Notes under the pieces: generated by a model
What the model was told of the DNA's origin: nothing
The model's database searches: none
What the model saw: the letters and a program-made list of their open reading frames with translations, nothing else
In this document: positions 16,965 through 25,522 of the stretch, in pieces
Layout: every line of letters begins with the position of its first letter
How positions within the stretch are numbered: position 1 is the stretch's first letter
Assembly (NCBI GenBank): GCA_964423425.1
Contig: CAYRES010000004.1
Location: 74,736 to 134,255, forward strand
Length of the DNA stretch: 59,520 nt
Source of the DNA: an uncultured Gaiellales bacterium
GTDB taxonomy: Bacteria; Actinomycetota; Thermoleophilia; RBG-16-64-13
Direction: 5' to 3'
Position numbers and translations under genes: made by a program

Positions 16965-19109
16965 ATGGCTTACAAGATTGGCATCGACGTAGGAGGAACG
17001 TTCACCGACTTCCTGCTGATGGCGGACGACGGGAGCTTCGAGGTTTACAAAGCTTCTTCTACTCCCCAGGATCCATCCATCGCCGTGCTCAACGGACTGA
17101 CTCAGATGGCGAACGCCAAGGGAGTGAGTCTCGAGGAGTTTCTTCCTCAGGTCTCGTCGATCGCGCACGGCACCACCATTACCACCAACGCCGTACTTAC
17201 AAGCAACGTAGCCAAGACCGGATTGATGACTACGGAAGGGCACCGTGACTGGCTCCAGACCCGCCGCGGCCTCAAGCCCAGCTGCTACGACGCCAAGGAA
17301 ACACCACCCGAGCCCATCGTACCCCGCAAGTTGCGCCGCCCCGTGAAGGAAAGGACGGCTTTCGACGGTCGGGAACTGGTCCCGCTCAGCGTGGACGACG
17401 TACTTGAGGCCGCCCGTGCCTTCAAGAAAGAGGGCGTGCAGGCCGTGGCCGTGTGCTTCCTGAACTCCTTCGCCGATCCCGAGCATGAGAAGAAGGCGAA
17501 GGACATCCTGGAACGGGAACTCCCGGGCGTGTACGTCTCCGCCTCCAGCGACGTGTTACCGCAGGTGCGCGTGTACGAGCGCGGCTCCACCACGGTTTTC
17601 AACGCCGCCGTGGGCCCCATCCTTCGCAGCTACATCAACAATCTGCTGGACAAGCTCGAAACCAGCGGCTTTCAGGGCGTGCTCCTCATCATGCAGTCCA
17701 ACGGCGGCATGATGTCGCCGCGAGTAGCCATGGACTTCGCTGTCAACACGCTACTCTCCGGCCCGGCCGGCGGCGCCACCTCCGGCGTGTTCTTCGGCGA
17801 TATCCACGAGTGCAAGAACGTCATCACCATGGACATGGGCGGCACCTCCTTCGATGTCTGCCTCATCCGCGAACGCGAACCGGAGATCTCCTCCGAGTTG
17901 GACGTAGCCATGTTCCGCATGGCCGCTCCATCCATCGGCATCTACACAGTGGGCGCCGGCGGTGGCTCCATCGCCAATGTGGACCACGACGGCATGTTCC
18001 GGGTGGGCCCCCGGAGCGCCGGTGCTTTCCCAGGCCCGGCCTGTTACGGCACCGGTGGGACCGAGCCGGCCGTGACCGACGCCGACCTGCTACTGGGTTA
18101 CCTGGATCCGGACTACTTCCTGGGCGGGACCATGAAGATCGATCAGGAACTCTCCCGGCAGGCGCTAAAGACCCACGTGATGGACAAACTCAATCTCAGC
18201 GAGGAAGAGGCCGCCTGGGGTGTGTACAAGATCGTGAACAGCAACATGGCCCAGGCCGTGCGTGTCACCTCCATCAACAAGGGCTACGACCCACGCTCGG
18301 CCTTCCTGGTGACGGCCGGTGGCGCGGGCCCGGTGCATGCCTGCGCCATCGCCGATGACCTTGAGGCCCCCATGATCCTGGTGCCCAAGATCTCGTCGGT
18401 CTTCTGCGCCACCGGCATGTTGATCTCCGATATCAAGCACGACTTCGTGCGTGTGCTGCACATGATCTTGGATCCCAAGAACATGGATGTACCCGGGTTC
18501 AACGCCCGCATGGAAGAGATGAAGCAGGAAGCCCTGGATGTTCTGAAGCGCGAGGGGATCGCCTCGGACCGCATCCAGCTCAACTACTGGGCGGACATCC
18601 GTTACGAGGGTCAGTTCAATGAGATCGCCACCCCGGTGCCCATGAAGAACGGGAGCCGCTTCGCCTTCGGCATGCTGTCCGACCTGAACGACGCCTTCAA
18701 CAAGCGTCACGACACCCTCTTCGGCTACTCGCTGCCCGGCTTTACGCAGGAATTGATGTCACTGCGGCTCTCGGCCGTGGGCACGGTGGACAAGCCCGAC
18801 TTCCGGGAGACCGGGTTTGTGGGCGAGGACGCCTCCCAGTGCATCAAGACCTATCGCGACATCTACTGGGACGGCGCGTGGCTCGATGCCGCCGTCTACG
18901 ACGGTCCCAAGATGGGACGCGGCCACAAGCTGGTCGGTCCGGCCATCATCGAGGAGCCGACCACGACCATCGTGGTGCCACCGCACTGGCAGCTCTTCTG
19001 CGACCGTTACAGCAACTACGTCCTGAACCACGTCGGCATGTCCTTGGAGGAGAGCTTCCGCCTCGTGCGGTGGGACACCTGCCGTGAAGAACAGGCCGCA
19101 AAGGTTTGA
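16965..19109 (+). CDS. Hydantoinase A/5-oxoprolinase family ATP-binding subunit
   Basis: IGIDVGGTFTD, HGTTITTNA, LLSGPAGG, DMGGTSFD, VGAGGGSIA, GPRSAGAFPGPACYG and GGAGPVHA. Confidence 0.93.
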   Translation: MAYKIGIDVGGTFTDFLLMADDGSFEVYKASSTPQDPSIAVLNGLTQMANAKGVSLEEFLPQVSSIAHGTTITTNAVLTSNVAKTGLMTTEGHRDWLQTRRGLKPSCYDAKETPPEPIVPRKLRRPVKERTAFDGRELVPLSVDDVLEAARAFKKEGVQAVAVCFLNSFADPEHEKKAKDILERELPGVYVSASSDVLPQVRVYERGSTTVFNAAVGPILRSYINNLLDKLETSGFQGVLLIMQSNGGMMSPRVAMDFAVNTLLSGPAGGATSGVFFGDIHECKNVITMDMGGTSFDVCLIREREPEISSELDVAMFRMAAPSIGIYTVGAGGGSIANVDHDGMFRVGPRSAGAFPGPACYGTGGTEPAVTDADLLLGYLDPDYFLGGTMKIDQELSRQALKTHVMDKLNLSEEEAAWGVYKIVNSNMAQAVRVTSINKGYDPRSAFLVTAGGAGPVHACAIADDLEAPMILVPKISSVFCATGMLISDIKHDFVRVLHMILDPKNMDVPGFNARMEEMKQEALDVLKREGIASDRIQLNYWADIRYEGQFNEIATPVPMKNGSRFAFGMLSDLNDAFNKRHDTLFGYSLPGFTQELMSLRLSAVGTVDKPDFRETGFVGEDASQCIKTYRDIYWDGAWLDAAVYDGPKMGRGHKLVGPAIIEEPTTTIVVPPHWQLFCDRYSNYVLNHVGMSLEESFRLVRWDTCREEQAAKV

Positions 19110-19159
19110 GTACCGGAATGCGAGACCTCACGAATGAGACCTCAAAAGGGGGCGGCGCA

Positions 19160-20929
19160 ATGACCCAAGATTGCGAAGTCAAGCAGGTAGATCCGATCCT
19201 GGCTGCCGTCTTGGACAGCCGGTTCAACGCCATTGTCGATCTCGTGGCCGGTGCCATGATGCGGACCTCCATGTCTCCCATCTTCGCCGAAGCTCGCGAC
19301 ATCGCCGCGGCCATCTTCGACAAGGACCTGCGGCTCATCGCTCAGCGCGACTGGCTGCCGGTCCTGGCAAGCAACTGCAGCGTGGCCATCAGAGAGATAG
19401 CCGAGTCGTGGGAGGGGGAGATCGAGGAAGGCGATGTCTTCATCCACAATGACGCCTTCGGCCGTAACAGCCACCAGCCGGACGTCAACGTGGCCAAGCC
19501 CATCTTCTACAATGGCCAGATCGCCTTCTGGGCCATGGCCAAGGGCCATCACGCCGACATCGGTGGCAAGGGGATCTGCGGCTATAACCCGGAGGCCAGC
19601 AGCTGCTGGGACGATGGGCTGGTGATCAAGCCGGCCAAGCTCTACATCGCCGGCAAGAAGAACCGCAGCCTGTGGGACTTCATCAAGGCCAATACCAAGC
19701 TGCCGGTGCTGGGTGAGGCAGACCTCAACTGCCAGATCGGCGCATGTGTCACTGGTGAACGTGCCCTGGTGGCACTGTTGGACCAGTACGGCGTGGACGC
19801 GGTGCAGGATTCGCTGGACATGATCATGGACGCTACTGAGCATGGGCTGCGGGCCAAGATCAGCGAGCTCAAGCCGGGCGTCTACTACGGCGAGAAGGCT
19901 ATCGATGACGACGTGGTGAACCGCGGCATGCCGGTGACAGTGCGGGCGAAGGTGACCGTGGGCGACGGCGAGATCGAGATTGACCTCTCCGACAGCGACC
20001 CGCAGGTGCCTTCTTACATGAACAGCACCTGGGGCAACACCTACTCCGTGTCTACCATGGCCGTGCTGTACTTCATGCCCGGAGACACCAAGCGAAACGC
20101 GGGCGCTCTGCGGCCCATCAAGCTCATCACCAAGAAGGGCACCTTCGTCGATCCCGAGTTCCCGGCTGCGTGCAGCATGTGCACGTGCTCCATGACGGAA
20201 ACCATCTTTGAGGCCATCACCCTGGCTCTGGCCGAGACCAAGCCGGAATGGGCGACGGCGGCGCACGGCAAGATGAGCCTGCACATCTCCTGCGGCCTCA
20301 ACCCCAACAACCAGCGGCCCTTCGCCACCATCGATTTCGCCACCTGTGCTGAAGGATCCGGCGGGACCATGGGCCACGACGGCTGGGCCATGGGCGGCCC
20401 CACTCATTGCATGGGCCAACTGCGCAGCCCAGACCCTGAGATCATGGAGATCGTGACCCCGGTGACCGTGTGGCAGCTGGAGCTGACCGGCGGCCGTGAA
20501 GGCGCCGGCAAGTACCGCGGCGGTGTGGGAGCCAACTACAGGGTGGAGTACACGGCCGACGCGGAGTGCGTGGAATGCGGGCAGGGTCACGCCGACTACG
20601 CGGTGCCCGCCGGCCTCTTCGGCGGCGGCAATCCCATCCCCAGCGCGCCGCGTGTGTTACGCAAGGCCAATGGGGAGCGCGAGCGTATCCCGGTCAACGT
20701 CTTCTGGAGCGTCAAGGCGGGAGACATCTACGAGCAGGACATGCAGGGCGGCGCCGGCTGGGGTAACCCCTTCGAGCGCGATCCGGAGAAGGTGCTCAAG
20801 GACTACGACGATGAGTTCCTGTCCGCCGCTGATGCCAAGGAGATCTACGGCGTGGTGATCAATGAGGCGGCCGGTGCCATCGACTGGGCTGCCACCGAAG
20901 CCGCCCGCGCGGCCGGGGCGCCCAAATAG
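19160..20929 (+). CDS. Hydantoinase B/5-oxoprolinase family metal-binding subunit
   Basis: RTSMSPIFAEARD, GDVFIHND...HQPD, HHADIGG, GAGKYRGG and GGAGWGNPFERDPE. Confidence 0.93.
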   Translation: MTQDCEVKQVDPILAAVLDSRFNAIVDLVAGAMMRTSMSPIFAEARDIAAAIFDKDLRLIAQRDWLPVLASNCSVAIREIAESWEGEIEEGDVFIHNDAFGRNSHQPDVNVAKPIFYNGQIAFWAMAKGHHADIGGKGICGYNPEASSCWDDGLVIKPAKLYIAGKKNRSLWDFIKANTKLPVLGEADLNCQIGACVTGERALVALLDQYGVDAVQDSLDMIMDATEHGLRAKISELKPGVYYGEKAIDDDVVNRGMPVTVRAKVTVGDGEIEIDLSDSDPQVPSYMNSTWGNTYSVSTMAVLYFMPGDTKRNAGALRPIKLITKKGTFVDPEFPAACSMCTCSMTETIFEAITLALAETKPEWATAAHGKMSLHISCGLNPNNQRPFATIDFATCAEGSGGTMGHDGWAMGGPTHCMGQLRSPDPEIMEIVTPVTVWQLELTGGREGAGKYRGGVGANYRVEYTADAECVECGQGHADYAVPAGLFGGGNPIPSAPRVLRKANGERERIPVNVFWSVKAGDIYEQDMQGGAGWGNPFERDPEKVLKDYDDEFLSAADAKEIYGVVINEAAGAIDWAATEAARAAGAPK

Positions 20930-20991
20930 CCACACACAGCATGGGGGCCGGGTATCCGGCCCGGCCTCCCCTCACAAGGACGGAGCGTTTG

Positions 20992-21744
20992 ATGAAGATC
21001 TGGTGCCAGCTACCGATCAGCATGCCCGAGAGCCACCCGGCGTACGAGCCCTACTATGCTCTCCTGCGTGCCGATTATGCCACCGTAAAACGCCCGGGCA
21101 CCGAGGTCACTGTCAAGGACGTGCCGACCGGCTTGTCCAGCCCGGACGAGATCACGTACGTGGGCAACCGTTTCCGGAACGATCGGGAAATCCTCACCTC
21201 CATGCTGCAGGCCGAAGCGGAGGGCTACGATGCCGTCGCCGGGGCCTGCTTCTTCGACGGCGCCATCCGTGCTGCTCAGCAGATGATGGACATCCCGGTG
21301 GTGGGCCCGGCTCAGGCTTCCATGCAACTGGCCATGCTGCTCGGCACACGCTTCGCCACCATCACCTCCGATCCGCGCTGGATCCCGGAGATGGAAGCAC
21401 ACATCAGCGAGGTGGGGATGCGCGAGCACGCGATAGGGCCGAAGCTCATGCGCGCCATCACTCTGCCATCGGACATCTTCTTGGGATGCCTGGGCGGGGA
21501 CTACCAGCCCGCCGTGGACAATTTCACGGGGATTGCTGAGGGCTGCATCGAGGACGGCGCGGATGTCCTCATCGCCGGCTGCGGCCTCCTGTCCCCAATG
21601 CTCACGGTTGCGGGGCTGCACGAGATCGGCGGCGTCCCGGTCATTGATCCCATGCTCGCATCACTGAAGTACGCAGAGATGCTTGTGGACTACAGACAAA
21701 GCGGATTCCCGGTCAAGTCCACGGCCGGCTCGCTACTGGCCTAA
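20992..21744 (+). CDS. Asp/Glu/hydantoin racemase family protein
   Basis: AEAEGYDAVAGACFFD and GADVLIAGCG (two catalytic Cys), DIPVVG and GVPVIDP. Confidence 0.85.
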   Translation: MKIWCQLPISMPESHPAYEPYYALLRADYATVKRPGTEVTVKDVPTGLSSPDEITYVGNRFRNDREILTSMLQAEAEGYDAVAGACFFDGAIRAAQQMMDIPVVGPAQASMQLAMLLGTRFATITSDPRWIPEMEAHISEVGMREHAIGPKLMRAITLPSDIFLGCLGGDYQPAVDNFTGIAEGCIEDGADVLIAGCGLLSPMLTVAGLHEIGGVPVIDPMLASLKYAEMLVDYRQSGFPVKSTAGSLLA

Positions 21745-21771
21745 CAATCCACGAAGGAGGTGGAGGACCTC

Positions 21772-23421
21772 ATGGCAGACACAGCACATACTCCGGCTTG
21801 GAAGACCAAAGAGGAGCAGGTGTTCGAGACTGGGGCCGGTCTCGACATCAAGGAACTCTACACGCCGGAAGACATCGTGGGGTTAGATTATGACCGGGAT
21901 CTGGGTGCCCCGGGCGAGTATCCGTTCACCCGGGGTCCGTACCCTGGCATGTATCGCGAACGTATCTGGACCCGCAGGTTTCAGGTGGGCTTCGGGACAC
22001 CCCAAGAAACGAGCGAGCGGATTGGCTACCTCGCAGAGACCGGTGCCAACGGCTTCGTCATCACAATCGACCTGCCCACCTCCTACGGTTTCGATTCCGA
22101 CGACCCCATTGCTCGGGGCGAAGTTGGGGTCACCGGTGTGGCCATCAGCACCCTGGAGGACATGGAGACTCTGTACTCCAACACATCCCCGGACAGCGTG
22201 TCCTACGCTCTCTCTATTCGCCCGCCTGTCTCTGCCGTCACCCTAGCCATGCTCTCCTGTGTGGCCGAGAAACGGGGTATACCCCTGGATCGGGTGGTGG
22301 GAACTCAACAGAACGACCCCTTCTACCAGATGAGCGGCGGGCCGTTGCAGACACATGTCCAGTTCTTCCCGCTCGAGGGCATCCTGCGCCTGTGTGTCGA
22401 CAACATCGAGCACATATCCACGAAGATGCCGCGCCTAAATTGGATGGTGACCAACGGTTACAACCTGCGGGAGACGGGAGTGAACGCTGTGCAGGACGGA
22501 GCGTTCTCTCTGTCGCACGCCTTCGACATCTTCCGGATGTGCGTCGATCGAGGCCTGGACGTCAATGTGTTCGCGCGCCGTGCTTCCTTCTTCCTCTCCT
22601 GCTCCATCGATTTCTTCGAGGAGATCGCCAAGTACCGTGCCATGCGCCGACTGTATGCCAAGACCATGCAGGAGCGCTTCGCTGCCACCAACCCCGAGTG
22701 TTGGCGGATGCGCTTCTCGGTGCAGTCCGCCGGGAACACTCTGACCACGCAACAGCCACAGGTCAACATCATCCGGGCGGCCATGGAGTGCTTGGCTGCC
22801 GTCTTTGGTGGAGCCCAGTCTGTGCACCTTTCTTCCTACGATGAAGGCCTGGGTCTCCCCACCGAGGAATCTTCGCGCATCAATCTGCGTACCCAACAGG
22901 TCATCGCCTACGAGACCGGAGTCACCAAGACCGTAGACCCTCTGGGAGGGAGCTACTATGTCGAGGATCTGACCAATCGCTTGGAGTCCGCTATCGCCGA
23001 CAAGATTGCCGAAGTAGAGGAACATGGCGGCCTGGCGAATTGCGTACGCACCGGCTGGTTGGAGCGGGAGATCAACGAGGCCCGCTACAAGAACCAGCGC
23101 GATATCGACAGCAACCGGCGTCCGCTCATCGGTGTCAACCGCTACCGTATCCCTCCTGAGGACGAGATCCCCATCAAGATTCACAAGATCAAGGCCTCCG
23201 AGTGGGGTGAGCGCCGGGCCGACTACCTGCGCCGCTACCGTGCGGAGCGGGATCAGACCGCCTGGGCAGATGCTATGGCGCGAATCGACCGAGCCTGGAA
23301 GGAAGGGGCCAACATGGTGCCGGTGCTCATGGATGCACTCAAGAATCGGGTGACCATGGGCGAATGCCACGAGGCAATGCGCCAGGCACAGGGCTTCTCG
23401 TTCAGGAAGGGAGGTAGGTAA
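21772..23421 (+). CDS. Adenosylcobalamin-dependent acyl-CoA mutase, large (substrate-binding) subunit, atypical specificity
   Basis: PGEYPFTRGPYPGMY, DLPT..GFDSD, GEVGVTGVAI, GT.QND, FFEEIAKYRAMRR, YDEGLGLPTE and VDPLGGSYYVE. Confidence 0.93.
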   Translation: MADTAHTPAWKTKEEQVFETGAGLDIKELYTPEDIVGLDYDRDLGAPGEYPFTRGPYPGMYRERIWTRRFQVGFGTPQETSERIGYLAETGANGFVITIDLPTSYGFDSDDPIARGEVGVTGVAISTLEDMETLYSNTSPDSVSYALSIRPPVSAVTLAMLSCVAEKRGIPLDRVVGTQQNDPFYQMSGGPLQTHVQFFPLEGILRLCVDNIEHISTKMPRLNWMVTNGYNLRETGVNAVQDGAFSLSHAFDIFRMCVDRGLDVNVFARRASFFLSCSIDFFEEIAKYRAMRRLYAKTMQERFAATNPECWRMRFSVQSAGNTLTTQQPQVNIIRAAMECLAAVFGGAQSVHLSSYDEGLGLPTEESSRINLRTQQVIAYETGVTKTVDPLGGSYYVEDLTNRLESAIADKIAEVEEHGGLANCVRTGWLEREINEARYKNQRDIDSNRRPLIGVNRYRIPPEDEIPIKIHKIKASEWGERRADYLRRYRAERDQTAWADAMARIDRAWKEGANMVPVLMDALKNRVTMGECHEAMRQAQGFSFRKGGR

Positions 23422-23423
23422 CC

Positions 23424-23813
23424 ATGGGCACACGCAAGCGAGTGCTCTTGGCCAAGATGGGTCTTGACTGCCACGACACGGGCATAGTCACCGTGGCGCA
23501 GATGATGCGAGAGAACGGCTACGAGGTCATCTACATGGGGCTTCACAACTATGCCGACGCGGTGGTGAATACGGCCATTGCCGAGGATGTCGACTTGATC
23601 GGGGTGAGCTTTCTCTCGGGTCAACATGAGACTCAGACGCGGGAACTTCTGGATGCCATGAGGCAGGCGGAACTGAATGTGCCGGTCATGTGCGGCGGCA
23701 TCATCCCGCCTGATGACGCGCAGGAGTTGAAGCGCATGGGAGTGGCGGACGTCATCGAGCCCGGCACATTGACTGAAGACCTCGTGAGCCGCATCGGCTC
23801 CATCCTGTCCTAG
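23424..23813 (+). CDS. Cobalamin-binding small subunit of acyl-CoA mutase
   Basis: AKMGLDCHDTG (DxHxxG), GVSFLSG and GGIIP. Starts 2 nt after the large subunit. Confidence 0.93.
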   Translation: MGTRKRVLLAKMGLDCHDTGIVTVAQMMRENGYEVIYMGLHNYADAVVNTAIAEDVDLIGVSFLSGQHETQTRELLDAMRQAELNVPVMCGGIIPPDDAQELKRMGVADVIEPGTLTEDLVSRIGSILS

Positions 23814-23838
23814 CGACCGTCACTGCGGAGCAGAGACC

Positions 23839-25386
23839 ATGGATTGGACTCTAGACGAGTATATCCGGCGCAACGGGGCCCGCTACCCGGACAAGCCGGG
23901 CTTCATCATGGACAAGACAACGCGTACATGGAGAGAGGTTGATCGCCGCGTAGACCAACTGGCCCAGGCCCTTCATCGCCTGGGACTGCAGCGCAACGAT
24001 CGTGTGGCCACGCTCATGCACAACTGCCTCGAGTACCCTGAGGCGTACTATGGCTGTGCACGAGCGGGCATGATCGTGGTGCCGTTCAGCTACCGGCTGA
24101 CCGTGCCGGAACTGCATGAGATTCTCACCACAGCCGAACCGGCTCTCATGATCGTAGGTGCTTCCGAAGCACACAAGGCTTTCGCGTTGCGGGAGTTGTT
24201 GCCATCCCTGCAGCATATCTGGGTCGTGGGAGACGACACTCAGCCGGTGGAGCAGAACTACGAGGCGCAACTGCAGGGCTCGCCTTCTACTCCCGCCTAT
24301 TCCCCAAACGGTCAGAACGACACCTTCAGCATCTTCTTCACCAGCGGTACTACTGGACTGCCGAAGGGGGCGATGGTCTCCCATCTCAACCTCGAAGCCA
24401 ACGGCTTCAACCAGTTCGTGGCTGACGGCAGCCGCCACGAGGATGTGAACCTGATCGGCACGCCCCTCTACCACATGGGCGCCGTGTTCATGTCCGTCAC
24501 CTACACTATGCTGGGATGCACCCAAGTGGTCATAGAGAAGTTCGAGCCGGAGCTCTGGCTCGAGGCTCTGGAGCAGAACAGGGCTACGGTCGCGCTGTTG
24601 ATTCCTACCATGATAAACACGGTGCTGAACTACCCGGAACTCTCCGACCACGATCTCTCCAGTCTTCGCCTCATCTTCTACGGAGGCGGCCCCATGCCTC
24701 CTGCTGTGCTGAGGCGCGCACTGGCTGCGATGCCCTGTGGCTTCACACAGGGATACGGGCTCACAGAAACACTCGAAGCCACCTTCCTCGTGGCATCAGA
24801 TCACGAGATCACCGACGGAGATGAGAAGAAACTCTTCCGCCTGGCGTCCGCCGGTCGCGAGGCAACCGGCGCCGATGTGCGCATTATCGACGACGACGGC
24901 AATTCTCTTGGAACCGGCGAGGTGGGGGAGATCCTCATTCGCAGTCGTTCAAACATCAGCGGCTATTGGCGCAATCCCGAGGAAACCGCGGCGACGGTCA
25001 AAGGGACCTGGTTCCACACGGGTGACGTGGGCTACCTCGACGAGGACCGTTACCTCTTTGTGGTCGATCGCAAGAAGGACATGGTGGTCAGCGGGGGCGT
25101 CAACATCTACACGAAGGAGATCGAGAGCGTGATCTACTCACACCCCGCGGTTCTTGAGGCTGCTGTCGTCGGTCTGCCCGACGATCATTGGGGTGAGGTG
25201 GTCACAGCCTGCGTCGTTCTTCGCAACGGACAGAGTGTGACCACAGAAGAAATCACGGAGTACTGCAGCAGTAGGCTGGCCGGTTACAAGAAGCCGCGTC
25301 GGGTGTTCTTCTTGGGGGAACTGCCCAAGAACCCCAGTGGAAAGATCCTTAAGCGGGACTTGAGAGAGGTGCTGGCCGTGCAGTAG
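23839..25386 (+). CDS. AMP-forming acyl-CoA synthetase/ligase
   Basis: FTSGTTGLPKG, GYGLTE, FHTGDVG, DRKKDMVVSGG and LPKNPSGKILK. Confidence 0.93.
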   Translation: MDWTLDEYIRRNGARYPDKPGFIMDKTTRTWREVDRRVDQLAQALHRLGLQRNDRVATLMHNCLEYPEAYYGCARAGMIVVPFSYRLTVPELHEILTTAEPALMIVGASEAHKAFALRELLPSLQHIWVVGDDTQPVEQNYEAQLQGSPSTPAYSPNGQNDTFSIFFTSGTTGLPKGAMVSHLNLEANGFNQFVADGSRHEDVNLIGTPLYHMGAVFMSVTYTMLGCTQVVIEKFEPELWLEALEQNRATVALLIPTMINTVLNYPELSDHDLSSLRLIFYGGGPMPPAVLRRALAAMPCGFTQGYGLTETLEATFLVASDHEITDGDEKKLFRLASAGREATGADVRIIDDDGNSLGTGEVGEILIRSRSNISGYWRNPEETAATVKGTWFHTGDVGYLDEDRYLFVVDRKKDMVVSGGVNIYTKEIESVIYSHPAVLEAAVVGLPDDHWGEVVTACVVLRNGQSVTTEEITEYCSSRLAGYKKPRRVFFLGELPKNPSGKILKRDLREVLAVQ

Positions 25387-25480
25387 GACGGCCGGATCAC
25401 CGGCGGATCGGTTCGGCAACCCCGGAGTTCGGGCCGTTCCTCCGGCAGCCAGGCTGGGTGGTGTGCCCAGCCTCCCTCGC

Positions 25481-25511
25481 TGAGGCGCCGCCCCGAAAGG
25501 GCGGCGCCTCA
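25481..25511. terminator. Terminator hairpin between convergent genes (end of catabolic operon)
   Basis: TGAGGCGCCGCCC-cgaaa-GGGCGGCGCCTCA, a 13-bp perfect stem. Confidence 0.7.
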
Positions 25512-25522
25512 ATCGCTTTCTG

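Noticed and set aside
19142-20590. Long antisense ORFs (also 685-1914, 35771-37981, 46940-48214, 51098-52735 and 32434-33924)
   Set aside because: These are shadow ORFs opposite well-supported genes, expected with high GC3 codon bias, and they show no recognisable motifs.
21772-23813. Ordinary methylmalonyl-CoA mutase/propionate pathway together with the carboxylase
   Set aside because: The Y89, R207 and H244 equivalents are replaced, and no epimerase or meaB is adjacent.
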